Below are positions 24,712 to 39,234 of a stretch of DNA of 64,000 nucleotides, piece after piece. Positions within the stretch are counted from its first letter, which is position 1. The number at the start of each line of letters is the position of its first letter. This DNA comes from Eledone cirrhosa (Eukaryota). The stretch covers positions 48,608,001 to 48,672,000 of the forward strand of contig OZ024747.1 in assembly GCA_964016885.1 (NCBI GenBank). The letters run 5' to 3'. Position numbers and translations under genes: made by a program. The notes beneath the pieces are model-generated. The model worked only from the letters and a program-made list of their open reading frames with translations. It did no database searches and had not been told where the DNA came from.

Positions 24712-26678
24712 TTGTATTGTAAAGGTTTGTGTGTGAGTTGAGTATACGTGTGTGTTTGTGGAGCACGCCTCGTTCTGCGTGTGAGTGTGCCTTTGTATGT
24801 GAACGCCTGTATGCGTAATTGTGTAGGTAGCATCTGTGTGTTTCTGTGTAGAATGTATGTGTGTGTGTGTGGGTGGTTGAGGATGGTATGTAAATAAGTG
24901 TCCATCTCCAATAGTGCGTCCATTGACTGACAAGTAATTTCATGCCCGACGGAAGGAGGTCCTTCCGGTATTCCCATTTCCCATAAACCTTCCAGTCCAC
25001 CATCAGCTGTAGCTAATGAGCCGGATATAAAAAAATTGATGTCAAAGAATTCTTACTTCCTCGGATTTACGGTTGGTAACATTTTGAAAGAGGTGAGTGA
25101 CAAAGAGCTACAATTACTCTCTGGAGGGCCCGGCAGGGGTAGGCTTACTATACAGACATTTCAGCAATGCCCAGTGGTCTGTTGGGATGAGTGAAAAACA
25201 AAAGAAAGAAATATCTTTAAAAATGTCACGAAAACAGGAAGTTATTGCCGCTCCACGAAGATTGAACGAGAATGAAACGTACCTTAGCTGAGCTGTGCAA
25301 ACAAGCCTCTGGCCTTCAACAGTCAGCATTCTAGTCAGTGTTCACTAGATGCATGAGTTGTTTTTAAGACACAGTCCGCTTTTAGGAATCAATATTAATT
25401 CTAGATCGTTACTGGCTTATTTCAAGGTTAGATATCTCGCCATTATGAGACTGAGCAAGAACTGAATGGACTTCCATAGGTTTCAACGATGACAGTTTCA
25501 GGTTTTCCATCAACGGAACAACCTGCTTATGATATTATCGCGTAAGTGGCTGATCATTCCATAAACCCGCGCATTCTTAACGTGATTCGCAAAGATATTC
25601 AACAGGACACAGTGTGTGACATGACTTACCCTTTGTATTACAAGTATAGTCCCAATTCATCGGCTTCCAAGCAGCTTTCGTATATTACTTACAAGGCTTA
25701 AGTCGATCCAAGGCTTTGGTAAATCACATTTGCGAAAGATAGCGCACATTGGGATCGCGCCCGAGATTTAATCACTGCGAAGGAAACTTCTTAACCATTC
25801 GTCTATGTTACGCCTACAACTGAACAAAAAAATATTCTCTGAGGAAGCCGGTTTCAATTTTAGACCATTGTTAATTCCTCTTCTTTTTCACAGCCCAATA
25901 ATTATTCCACAAACTCGTTGCACCGTTATTTTACCGACGCTAAAATTCACTACTTTTCTCAGACTCTACAGCGTGAAGTCTACTCCAATTTCTGTTGCAC
26001 AGCGGTTTCGATCACATTATGAGGCACCGTTGTCAAATATATGTCTTCTACCAAAGCCTTGATTCGACTAAAACCCTATAAATGAAATTTGGTATGCGGA
26101 AAATGTATGGAAGAATTGTCTCCTGGAACTCCTTTTTGTTCTTGTTTCTCTCATGGATATATATTAATTTTTAAAACCTCCTGCCATTTCTTTTCTGATC
26201 TCAATCGTAGCATTTCATTGGATTTTCTTTCTCCATTTTCCTTTTTACCGCCAACAAAAAGGTTAAAAGGTGCTCGGGGCCCGCTGCGTAGCTGGTTACT
26301 TGTTGCTTTGTGGGGTGGTGGTAACATTCAAAATAAATAAATAAATAAATAAATATTTGGCATTACAAAGGGTGAGTATCGTAGAGAAATTGTAAATTGA
26401 GATAGCAACATGTCTCTTCAATACGGTTTCGATTCACAGTTGGATCTTACTTACTTTTACTTACTTACTTTTAACAATTTAGTCCGGGATGGACGGTCAG
26501 AGTCTGTGACCTGAATAATTGCAGTGGACTTTGCTAAACGACCCAGGCATAACGTTATGATTTCTAAGACACAAATTTCCAATTGTGTTTGTATATATAT
26601 ATATATATATATAAATGAAGTAATTCCGTCGGAAAGGTCCAGGAAAAAAGAGTGCTCTATGTAGGTTACAGAGCTTAT

Positions 26679-26918
26679 TAGTTATGAAATAAACAACATC
26701 AGATAATTATTTCATTTACCAGTGGTTTCTTGAAAGCAAACACATTTGCTTTCAGTCATCAGAATGAAAAAATCTTGGTGTGTTTATTGGTGTTTCAAAT
26801 CCACATTCAATAAAAACACCAGGATTTTTTCATTCTGATGACTGAAAGCAAATTTGTTTGCTTTCAAGAAACCACTGGTAAATGAAATAATTATCTTATG
26901 TTGTTTATTACATAACTA
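26679..26918. mobile_element. Fold-back palindrome, HHR family G
   Basis: Arms of about 110 bp with several mismatches, and (TA)n on the right. Confidence 0.85.
26828..26887 (+). ncRNA. Type I hammerhead ribozyme (family G)
   Basis: Stem I TTTCATT/AATGAAA; CTGATGA at 26835-26841; stem II TGAAAGCAAA/TTTGCTTTCA; GAAA at 26868-26871; stem III ACC/GGT; GUA site after 26880. Mirror copy on the minus strand. Confidence 0.78.
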
Positions 26919-27403
26919 TATATATATATATATATATACATACATACAAACACTTTCGGAAGACCAAGAGAAGGGACAAGGGTACTGCTATGTCTCCTCA
27001 CTAAGTGATAGAAAATAGAAATAACGTTAATTTGCATCTTGCCAGAGGTATTATCCAGAGTTTATAAAGTATACAAGACAACTTGTAGCTAGAAGTGAGG
27101 AAATATAAGTGTTGTATGTTATATGATGTTACAGTCCTATAAGTATGTGTGTTTTTATTAGTTTGAAAGTGAAAAAGTTTATAAAACATGAGAAAAAATA
27201 CCCAGTCATCTCTACCCGAGGGATACAAGGCCGGTCAGTGTGGGAGAACGCTCGCTGGCGTGCAGAACCTCAAGCGCAAGTCGCTTCGTGACCCACACGG
27301 AGACATTTTGAAATAGCCGTGAAATAGCATTGAGAGTACTGTGATGTTGACGAGTGTTTTGTTGGCCCATAGTAATATTTTTAATTCCTGCTGTGGGCGT
27401 AAC

Positions 27404-27527
27404 CTAGTAAACGATAGCATCCTCTTGACTGCTTTCCTGTAAAAAGACTAGGAGAAAAGAATATCCTCAATGAGGTCCCTACGGCCTAGCTTGGAGGAGC
27501 ATCAACTCACCTCATCATTGATAATGC
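27404..27527 (-). CDS. Possible terminal exon(s) of an unidentified minus-strand host gene
   Basis: Pyrimidine-rich acceptor TTTCAG before 27527, GTGAGT donor after 27511, and a second acceptor TTTTTACAG before 27436 giving ESSQEDAIVY-stop. The phase is unknown and no homology was recognised. Confidence 0.3.
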
Positions 27528-27783
27528 CTGAAAGTAAACACCAATGTTAAAAAGAAAAGAAAATAAGGAAAGCAAAAGAAAATAAACAGAGAGGCAAGGG
27601 GGTATTTATAAAGAAATCAAGGATGTCATTAGAATACAAGAAATTATAGTTGAGGTCATATTTTATTTTATTTTTATCTTTTCATGTTTTAAAAAAAAAA
27701 ATAATTTCGAATTTAGTCCCCGGCATCAAATATATTGAAGGTGAAGTGACGCCATTAATTTCCGTTGTTTCATCGCCCTTGTT

Positions 27784-27815
<32 letters not shown>

Positions 27816-27816
27816 A

Positions 27817-27849
<33 letters not shown>

Positions 27850-27984
27850 GGTATAAAGGTGTACATTAATTGCGTCCACTGGCGATATGCCGAATGACCG
27901 CTCGAGGTTCTTGGGGAGTAGAGTATCAATAGTATTAATATATAAGGGAAGAAAGGATCAGTGTTGTATCGTATACATGCATAT

Positions 27985-28055
<71 letters not shown>

Positions 28056-28373
28056 GCACATACGCATGCATATACATAAGCACACGTTCATACAAACACA
28101 TAAAGATACCTACACATACAGCTATTGTGTTAAATTATAAAACCAGAAGAACACGCATACATACACACATACATACATATATATATATATGTGTGTGTGG
28201 GGGGGGGGGAGGGGGGAGTGTATGTAAAAGGTAAACAGAAATAACAACTGCTGAAAATCCGCATAAGGTGAAACAATTGTTCTCGGTTTGGTGAACTAAC
28301 TGTTGTGTTACTACGAAAAGCGAAAACCAACCAAACAGTGAGTGTGTTCTGTTATTAATTCTGGTAATATTAC

Positions 28374-28405
<32 letters not shown>

Positions 28406-28411
<6 letters not shown>

Positions 28412-28706
28412 AAAAAGAGATGAAATCGAAAATGCAACTGAAGTCTTATTTTTTTTAAAAATATATATATTTATTTGGTTCCTTTACCGGTTTCGCAGTT
28501 CTTCTGCTTTTCAAAAGGTGAGTTGAGATGGAGGGTCTGTGGTTTTTCTCACATCTGGTGTGAGAAAAACCACAGACCCCCCATCTCAACTCACCTTTTG
28601 AAAAGCAGAAGAACTGCGAAACCGGTAAAGGAACCAAATAAATATATATATTTTTAAAAAAAATAAGACTTCAGTTGCATTTTCGATTTCATCTCTTTTT
28701 CTTTAT
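28406..28706. mobile_element. Fold-back palindrome, family H
   Basis: Near-perfect arms of about 148 bp around the loop TCTGG; GCGAAACCGGTA is an HHR 3' half with palindromic stem III; TA-flanked. Confidence 0.85.
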
Positions 28707-28764
28707 ACTTTCACTCGTGTAGGACACCTCGGTTATTTTTCATTTTGTAAAAAAAAAACCTCAC

Positions 28765-28834
<70 letters not shown>

Positions 28835-28921
28835 GAAGAAAGTTGGTTGATGAAAAATCTGCCCATTTTTTCTTAACCGACGTGAAGCACTCCACGGTTT
28901 TTATTCATCCACAGTTTTATT

Positions 28922-29229
28922 ATAATAAACAAGAAAGACGGTTTTATTCGTACATCCCTATTTAATTTGAAAACAACTATCGTAAAACGACCTCCGAAAA
29001 TCTCGAATCAATAAATAAGGAAGCTGCTAAACAAATAATCACTAAGCCAGGGATCGAAAACCGGACGGAACCTTACATAACTAAAACAGCGAGACCATAA
29101 AACTAATTTTGAATCAGATCTACTATTTAGACTTATAGCACCATCTAAATCCGACTTAGGCATCATAAGAGCATACTTGACACCATTGAATAGGAATGTG
29201 TGAATAGAACCGTCTTTCTTGTTTATTAT
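28922..29229 (+). mobile_element. Penelope-like element RT fragment bounded by inverted repeats
   Basis: 28972-29190 translates, with frameshifts, to NYRKTT..SINKEAAKQII..IENRTE..DHKTNFES...RLIAPSKSDLGII.KSILDTI, like the PLE RT motif LKDHKxNF..RLINPxKSELG..K.ILD. IRs are ATAATAAACAAGAAAGACGGTT / AACCGTCTTTCTTGTTTATTAT. Confidence 0.72.
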
Positions 29230-29785
29230 CTATATATCTAAAACAGAGAATGTCTGTCTGTCTGTCCGATCACTAAAACTCGAGAACCACCCAACCGAGT
29301 TTTTCAAACTTTACACATGTACTACTTATGGTCCTGTGAGTGTTTTGAGCAAAGAAAATTTCAAATTTTCTATGTCCTAGGGACCGCATTAGGTGGTTTA
29401 GCGAGGTCTCTCTATAATTCTTAGTCTTTCTCTTTTTAGATAGATACATAGATATAACGTTGCGCCTTTATAATATCTGTTTGTATGCTTGGCTGTCTGC
29501 ATTACGGCATAATGACGCGATGTGTGTGTGTGTGTGTGTGTGTATATGTTTATATAGTGTGTGTGTATATATATATATAGTGTGTGACGTTTTTCGAAAT
29601 ATTTACTTCTGCGTTCACAGATTGATTTTTTTATTTTAGTTTCAGAAGATCCCGTTAAGGGTGAAAGCAGCGATTCTTTGCTTAAACTTTAATCTGTTAT
29701 TTCAATATATATATAATTATATATTCGTGTACAGATATTTTTGCATACACAATAACAAAATATAAGCAAAAGTATTTATTTCGCT
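29229..29785 (+). mobile_element. Non-autonomous Helitron family H2 (3'-truncated)
   Basis: A|TCTATATATCTAAAAC start and (TGTC)n near the 5' end. Collinear with 52653-53925. Confidence 0.75.
29638..29688 (+). ncRNA. Variant hammerhead (family I, core CAGAAGA) inside Helitron H2
   Basis: AGTTT-CAGAAGA-TCCC-GTTAA-GGGT-GAAA-GCA..TGC-TT-AAACT: stems I-III pair, with one core substitution. Confidence 0.5.
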
Positions 29786-29951
29786 ATAAAGTATTGATTT
29801 TCTTCGCACGGAAAAACCCTGGTAATCTACGACGAATTTGTTTTATAAGCACAAAATGTAGACGCCACCCCGAGGCCGAGGTATTCCGTACTTCTCTATA
29901 CTGTTATATATATATGTGTGTGTGTATATATATATGTATATATATATATAT

Positions 29952-30000
<49 letters not shown>

Positions 30001-30025
30001 TATATATGTGTGTCTGTGTAATATG

Positions 30026-30103
<78 letters not shown>

Positions 30104-30128
30104 TATATATGTGTGTGTGTGTAGTATG

Positions 30129-30221
<93 letters not shown>

Positions 30222-30385
30222 AAAAGGAAAAACTTGAACCGTTAAGGTATCTTTTCTTGGTTATGTCAAAATTTATAAAACATACTTTGTATTTTATCTG
30301 ATGAAAGTGTACCAAAGTTTTGCTGCCCTTGAAATATATATAATAGAATAAATATGGTTTTATAAATATAGTTTCCATTTATCTA
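30222..30385 (+). mobile_element. HHR family A copy between (TA)n tracts
   Basis: Homologous to 5745-5905; CTGATGA at 30297-30303 followed by GAAATATATATA. Confidence 0.75.
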
Positions 30386-30392
30386 ATATCAT

Positions 30393-30445
<53 letters not shown>

Positions 30446-30451
<6 letters not shown>

Positions 30452-31070
30452 CGAGTATGTGTGTGTGTGAGTGTGTATGTCTGTACCCACATAACTTCTA
30501 CAGTTTGCAACCGATTTTCTTGAAATTTGGAACAAATATGCGTTATGTTCCCAGAAGTGTTGTGGAACTTTAAGTTTTTATTTAATGCGGCAGCTAGGTA
30601 GACGAAGGCTGTCCCTGGATCACCATGACAATCACGTCACGTGTGCGAAACTTAAATAATTGTTGGTTAACATTTTACTCATCTTAGTGTGTTACGTCTT
30701 CTTTCCTTTGATAATGCCTCCAAGGAAGAGACCCGCCATTGGTCGAAAAACGGAGAAAGCTGCGAGAGGGAAAAGAAGAAAAGCAAACGAATCGTCAATG
30801 GAGGCTGCAATTAGACGATCGCAAGATGCTGAATGTAAAGCTACTGCAAGAGCGTTAGAAAACTACGAGCAGTGTTATATTTAAGACGTAGGTTACTTAT
30901 GTACTCCGGATGGTCATAGGCACTTTCATTTTTCCAGATATTGATTAACCTCCCCTCCCTCATCCGTTAACCGCTTCCTTGGAGACGACTGAAGTACTGC
31001 AGTGCAATGCAACAAAACGTCATAACTTCTGGAGTTCGCAACCGATTTTCACAAAACTTGACACATGGGC
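30446..31070 (+). mobile_element. Helitron 5' fragment with the start of a RepHel-like ORF (30714-30884)
   Basis: TATAAA..(TG)n..CATAACTT..CAACCGATTTTCTTGAAATTTGG 5' motif. MPPRKRPAIGRKT..ARGKRRKANES..AIRRSQDAE resembles basic/coiled-coil Helitron N-termini. Confidence 0.55.
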
Positions 31071-32620
31071 TACGTATATTCTACAGATGAATTTGAATGC
31101 CCAGAATTGGCACATAATTGAGTAGAAAGAAAAAAAGGGACGGGTAGGGCGAAATCCGAAAAAATAATTTTTAAAGAAAAATAATAGGTCCATTTATGTT
31201 GACATCTTTTGGAAAGCTGTTGATGCTGGCGTTTTGTGTATGATATACTTTTATAGAAAAGTGGATGATGGTGTGCGTCTATCAGAAAGGGGGAAAAAAA
31301 ACGTTTTGTGTATAGAGCTATACGTGTGCGCGTGCGTATACGTTGTGTGTGTGTGTGCTTGTAAGTACGAAGCTGCGAGCAAATGTGTGTGAGTGTATAC
31401 AGAGCTATGAAGGTAAAAGTAGAGGTGTGTGTGTGTATTTTGTTCGTCTGTATCAGCTGTAAGAGTATATGTTTCTGACTATAACAGAGCCATAGAGGGT
31501 GAATGTACAAGCGCGTGTGTGACAACGGACGGGGTAAACGTGACGGTGGCAAGGGGTAGAGGAGTAAGCACGAACGTATATATGTAATATTAAAGAAATT
31601 GGGGAGGGGAGTTGAGTCCATTGGAGAAACAGGACCCAAGGCGGAAAATCAGACTCTGTCCAGTCCTGGTGCGCGAGGCCTGTGATCGTGATGTAAAAGG
31701 ACACAAATGACTGAGACATGTAGGGACGAGTGACCCGGAGAACGGAATATATATATATATAAATCGAGCTTCTGTAGCTTACACCTTCCAAATGCATACA
31801 TAAAGCAACTTGAGGCTATAGTAGAGAAAAAGTTACCTAAGGAGCTGCAGCTGAGACTAAACTCGAATCATCGGAGTTGGGATGCGAACTCTTTAACCAC
31901 ACAACCATGCCTATAATACATGTACAAATAACAGCACATCTTTTAAGCCATCAACAAACTATCCACTTAACGAAATTGCTAGAAATACCAACAAAATCTA
32001 CATGAAACTGGATCCTATTGTTAAATAAAATGACAGAAAAATTGAATAGTGTAGAGAGAAAAATACAGAGAACTTCAGCATCTGGATGTTAATGATTGCC
32101 TCAAATATGAAAAGTAGTATGGCTCAATTGGAGCAACATTTCAGCTGCTTCAATGCAAACATTAGCAGACCTTGCACTGAAGCAAGATAAACGGTAGCGC
32201 AGATAGAAAAAAAGAGGTTTTTGTGTGATAATATGTGAGTACGTATGTGTAAGTGAATGAGTGTATATGTGTATGCGTGTGTGGTATGTGTGGGTGTGTG
32301 GTATGTGTGGGTGTATGGAATCCCAAGTAATCCTATAACAAGATATACTTTTTAAAAAATCTGTAAAAAAGAAACCAAAAAACAAGACAAATATAGTTAG
32401 TACAGTTTATAGCAATGTGGTTAAAAATTGCCAAATTACATATTTTCTGAAGCGCAACAGTTGGCCATTCATTTTGGAAATACGATCCAACAACTCTTAC
32501 TACTTAAATGGGTTTAGCAGGTTATTTTATTTTAAAATTAGTTTAATATAGCACTCATTAGAAACGTGAGTCAGATCTCTCTCTCTTTTTCTCTCTCTCT
32601 CTTTCACTCTCTCCTTCTCC

Positions 32621-32717
<97 letters not shown>

Positions 32718-32777
32718 ATTAAGGAGCGGATTGATGAAACGAGAATTATTGAAATACCTTAACATAACAAATGTGCG

Positions 32778-32837
<60 letters not shown>

Positions 32838-32919
32838 TAATATATGTTGGTTTGGTTACTCGGGAGTAATGTAAAGTAAAATAAATAAGTCAAACATTTA
32901 AAATTTGGCTTCGTTTATT

Positions 32920-32974
32920 ACTGCTATATATATTTCGGTGACAGCCATCTTTGGCTGTGACCTCTTCAGGCAGT
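32920..32974 (-). ncRNA. Type I hammerhead ribozyme (family D-related)
   Basis: Minus strand reads ACTGC-CTGAAGA-GGTCACAGCCA-AAGA-TGGCTGTCACC-GAAA-TATATAT-A-GCAGT. All three stems pair; AUA site. Confidence 0.8.
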
Positions 32975-33157
32975 CCGAATTAGTGTGGTAGAGACGGGTA
33001 CACGTGTTGTTGAGGTGTTTAACTTCGTCAATACTCCGATATGTCCAGCTCCTGGTTGGGTTGTTATTTCTCTGAGGAATCATATGAATTCAAACAAACG
33101 TGCGTGTAATATACGTATACATATACATATATATATATGTATCTGTATACGTATATT

Positions 33158-33438
<281 letters not shown>

Positions 33439-33668
33439 CACAGAAAAAAGAGAATCAGTGTTGCGAAGAAAGGAATTTATTGGACATATTACAATTGTTT
33501 CTCGGGCGACCAGCTCGAGGCACGATCGATGTGGTGATCAAACCTGACTCTGAAATCGCGCGGTCCTCGGATACGTCTCGATTCTACGAAGCAGATTTTC
33601 CTATATATATAGAGAGAGAGAGTAGAGTAGTTTGAATTTTATTAACTTCGGAGTAAACTTTTGGGATG

Positions 33669-33737
<69 letters not shown>

Positions 33738-34286
33738 ATATGTATATACAGAGATATATAAATACATATATTGAGGCCACACTCGTTGGTGTGTTAGTAG
33801 TGGTGGTGTTAGTATGACTGTTGTACTAGGATAAACATTTTATAGTACCCTTCCCATCACTTATGGATATTGTGGACTGTGTGCCTATATGTGTGTGTGC
33901 ATTTGTGAGAGCGTGTGTGCATGTATGTGTGTGTGTGTGCATGTATTAGTGTGCATGCCTTTAGTGAAGACATTATCGGATTTTTGTGGGGTGTTGTGGG
34001 GCGGAGATCTTTTAGGTTGGGCAGGCTTGGCTAGGCTTAAGTGGGCGGGGTTGCTCAAACTTGTTTTCTTGGTTATACTCGCGAGGCCGAGCTGACACAA
34101 GCACAATAGACAACAGGAGACTCCGAGTAATCCAGAACCACCACAACAACAACAACAATAACAATAACAACAACAGCGACAATAACAATAATAGTTACAC
34201 ACTAAATATGTATTTAAGAAAAGTATAAAACAATTCCTAAACTAAACAAAACAAAATCTGGTTTCCTTAGCGCCATCAACAACAAC

Positions 34287-34353
<67 letters not shown>

Positions 34354-34659
34354 CACACACGCGCGCACACACACACATACACGCACACATATATATATAT
34401 ATATATATATATACGTATATATAAATTATAGGAGAGATAAAAGGTTAAAATAAAGGGTTTTCGTTTCAAGGGCTTCCTCATTCCCCACTTCGACACTTCT
34501 CTCCAATAACATCTCTTATTTCATGTATTTTTTAATAGTTGTGTTTCATTGTCGTTTTTTCTTTAGTTTATTTTGTCTAATGTGAAGCAACGTCAGCAGA
34601 TTTCATGCTCCACGTGTGACGTCCTAGTACGAAACAGAGATTAGAGAAACAGATATATC

Positions 34660-34689
34660 TATACATATATACATACATACACGCATACA

Positions 34690-34720
<31 letters not shown>

Positions 34721-34757
34721 GTGCATACATACATACATACATACATACATACATACA

Positions 34758-34788
<31 letters not shown>

Positions 34789-35181
34789 GTGCATACATAC
34801 ATACATAGATACATACACACATATGTCCATATATACATACATATGTGCATACATACATACATACATACATATGTGCATACATACATACATACATACATAC
34901 ATACATACACACATATGTCCATATATACATACATATGTGCATACATACATACATACATACATACATACATACATACATACATACATACATACATAGATAC
35001 ATACACACATATGTCCATATATACATACATATGTGCATACATACATACATACACATGTGCATACATACATACATACATACACACATATGTCCATATATAC
35101 ATACACACATATGTGCATACATACATACATAGATACATACACACATATGTCCATATATACATACATATGTGCATACATACA

Positions 35182-35212
<31 letters not shown>

Positions 35213-35420
35213 GTGCATACATACATACATACATACATACATACATACATACATACATACATACATACATACATACATACATACATACATACATACACAC
35301 ATATGTCCATATATACATACATATGTGCATACATACATACATACATACATATGTGCATACATACATACATACATACACACATATGTCCATATATACATAC
35401 ACACATATGTACATACATAT
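34660..35420. repeat. (CATA)n satellite with higher-order unit CACACATATGTCCATATATACATACATATGTG
   Basis: The unit recurs about seven times among CATA runs. Confidence 0.9.
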
Positions 35421-35534
35421 ATACATATATATATACACGCATATATATGCATGTTTACACGTACATACATACACATGTAAACACACACACACACACATAT
35501 ATATATGTATGTGTGTGTGTGTTTATGTGTGTTT

Positions 35535-35601
<67 letters not shown>

Positions 35602-35725
35602 GATGGATAGACAGATACATTTCTCTTTCTTTCTTCCCCCCCCCCCTCTGTCTCTTAATATAATATATATATATGTAATATATATATTATATATATATTA
35701 TATATATATTATATATATATATTAT

Positions 35726-35831
<106 letters not shown>

Positions 35832-35832
35832 G

Positions 35833-35904
<72 letters not shown>

Positions 35905-37725
35905 TATATATTAGATTTAAGCCCGAATCTCACTCTTTCTTGAGGAGGGAGGGTACAAGTCTGGCTAAAAGAAAGTCAGAAGAATGTCAATTTTAACTTA
36001 TATGATACCCCAACCATAGTTTCGCAAACTCAAGATGCAGCATCTGGAATTCCAAGAATTTGGAATAACCAACACTGGAAGAATTGAAGTTTTGTCATCT
36101 GGAGGCAAATTAAACCGAACATGGTTTCTGAAACTGAAGATACAACATGGTTGCGGTATTATATAAGTTAAAATTGATCTTCTTTTAGCAAATGCAAATT
36201 TCTTAGTTTTTATAATTGTTCGTATATCCTGTAAGCCTGATATAGATGGCATGCCAATCCTGGGTTCCGAAATTATATACACTTTCAACACTTTTTTCGT
36301 CATTAGTCTAAATATAAATAGTGAATCTAATGACGTCTGAAAGCTCCCAATTTCCACTTAGTTGGCTCTTGTTTCGGCTTGGTCCTTGTTATTGTCGCAG
36401 TGGTTCTTTAGTTCCTGGTCAGCACTGATCAAGGTATTCTAACCATAAATATGTCATCGTCTTCAGGATTAGTATACGATAGACCACTTTATCTAATGTG
36501 CATTTTTCTATAACAGTGGGGTGTGATTCGAAAGAGTTTTGTCTGTTATTTCCAGCAGGTTTGATGTCCATCTAAAGCACTGTTTCTCATAGTGGTGGTG
36601 GCAACATTTTGGTGTGATATGGAACTTCAGAATATATGTCATGCTACATTCTATCCTACATGCTAACTTTGTCTGATCCTTGTGAGCACTACGATATGTT
36701 TTGTTGAAAATTGAAGTGGGTGTAAGGCTAAAAAAAGAGAAACACTGACCTAGAGCCTTATTTGATGTTCGTTTCCATGTTTGACCCAACGTCCTCCTTA
36801 ATCTTGCAGGCATTCTACGGCATTCTAATCGTAACCTCTCCATTTTAAACGGTGTATGTAGGGACTACATTACCGTTCTTTTCTTAACGACAGTAAGATG
36901 AAATTCGTGGGATGTGGGTGCTATCTCTATCAGATCTAACAATAAAACAGAAGTCGCTCTATGCTGGAGAGTTTCCGTTTAGTCATTCTTGTATAAATTC
37001 AAATTGACGGTGTGGTGTAGATTTACTAATGAATGTGCAAAGAAAATTATGTAACAAGCCATACATCGCAGGAATGATATATATATTCCTATATAATTAA
37101 TTCATATATAAGCGCAGACACGTTTTGCAACAATTTCTGGAAATGTGTCTTCTCTCGTGACCTCAGTTTGACCAATGCCAGTCGTGAGGAAATGTGTGAT
37201 TACCTATTACGAAAGAATGAGTCGACGTTCAGTAAGTAAAGAGGTAATTTAAGATATGATGTTAAAAATACACTACAAAATCTGCCTGTTTCACAGAGAT
37301 TATTGAAAAATGCACGTGATCCACACCAGAACTTATTCGGGCGTCTTGTTACATCTAAATATCAAAACTGATGATTAGATATAGTAAGATCCACGTAAAA
37401 GCTCTGATAATGCAGAATACATGCTTTTGACACTAATGTCTATGAAACTGGCAGGTTTTACAAATACCAAGTATATGAATATTTGTGTGTGTATATATAT
37501 GATTTAAACTGAACTTTGATTCATGTAATTTCTATATAACTGCTCTGTAAAACAACTGATGTTATTACATTGAGCTATTTATCTTACTGGTAATAAGATA
37601 GTAATGAATTACTGTCTCTCACTATTTAGAGTTTAAACATATATATAACCATAAAAGGTTTTATTATATACATAACCATAAATAGTATCCTTAATACTAT
37701 GTATATATATATATTTATTAAAATA

Positions 37726-37901
37726 ACAGATTAAAGTTTAAGCAAAGAATCGCTGCTTTCACCCTGAAAGCAGCGATTCTTTGCTTAAACTTTAATCTGT
37801 ATTTTTAAAAATAAATATTTGCTCTACGGTTCTTATATATTTGATATATATTTATCCTTATCGAGCCCTCTTTGGATTTTAGTCTTCAAATTTATTATTA
37901 T

Positions 37902-37905
<4 letters not shown>
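37726..37905. mobile_element. Family I fold-back (hairpin 37726-37800) plus tail, TA-flanked
   Basis: Perfect arms of about 36 bp around CCC. Confidence 0.75.
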
Positions 37906-37951
<46 letters not shown>

Positions 37952-38097
37952 CTGTGTGTGTGCGTGTGTATAAATATATATATGTATATATGTATGTATA
38001 AATATATATATACGTATGTATGTATATACATACATAATACATACGTACATACATAACACACACACATATATATATATATGTTCTCTCTCTCTCACTC

Positions 38098-38146
<49 letters not shown>

Positions 38147-38357
38147 ATATATAGATATGCTCATGCATATATACGTACATGCATACACACATACATAAGT
38201 ATGTGTATATATAAGTATGTGTATATATATAAGTATGTGTATAAGTATGTGTATATATATAAAGCGATGAAATGCCTATGATGGTTGGAAGATCACTGAT
38301 GAAGGACAAACTTTTTTCATATGTAACCCATTTGCAACTCCGCAGCGCCCTTATTAT

Positions 38358-38408
<51 letters not shown>

Positions 38409-38416
38409 TGTGTGTG

Positions 38417-38452
<36 letters not shown>

Positions 38453-38506
38453 CATACATATATATATACATACATATATATATACATACATATATACACT
38501 GTATTA

Positions 38507-38586
<80 letters not shown>

Positions 38587-38891
38587 CTATCAATTGCTCT
38601 GACTCCAGTACTTTGTAAACTTGAACCGATTCTTCAAGACAATCTCCCCGTCGCCCCTTTCCACAGTCTCCATATCATCAAACAGTAGATATTCTCATAC
38701 ACTTACCGCCCTTGTCTAATACATTCAATACAGAGATTGGGTTTCACCGTTTATCCTCGGCCTGATTTCTACCTTTGTGCAATTGTCTTACAGTTATTCA
38801 TACTACGCATATGCGCTCCTCCCCATTTTACACACACACACACATACCACCACACACACAAATTGATACGCGCACGCACACATACACACAC

Positions 38892-38955
<64 letters not shown>

Positions 38956-39175
38956 TTGTATACATATATATATATATGCATAAACATAGAAATAAATACA
39001 GGCATATATGGATACAGACAGCTATGTAAATATATACTATATATACCACACGATATATATATATATATATATATATACATGTGTGTGTGTGTGTGTGTTT
39101 GTATACATATATATATATGCATAAACATAGAAATATATACAGGCATACATGCATACAGACAGCTATGTAAATATA

Positions 39176-39234
<59 letters not shown>

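Noticed and set aside
28455-28657. Nearly identical 60-aa ORFs on opposite strands (also 20082-20343 and 8298-8537)
   Set aside because: They are an automatic consequence of palindromic DNA, not genes.
35998-36843. Non-repetitive ORFs of 111-119 aa
   Set aside because: No recognisable motifs or splice context; consistent with chance ORFs.
38707-38775. Internal coding exon ending at a minus-strand GTAAGT donor
   Set aside because: There are stops in all three frames between plausible acceptors and the donor.
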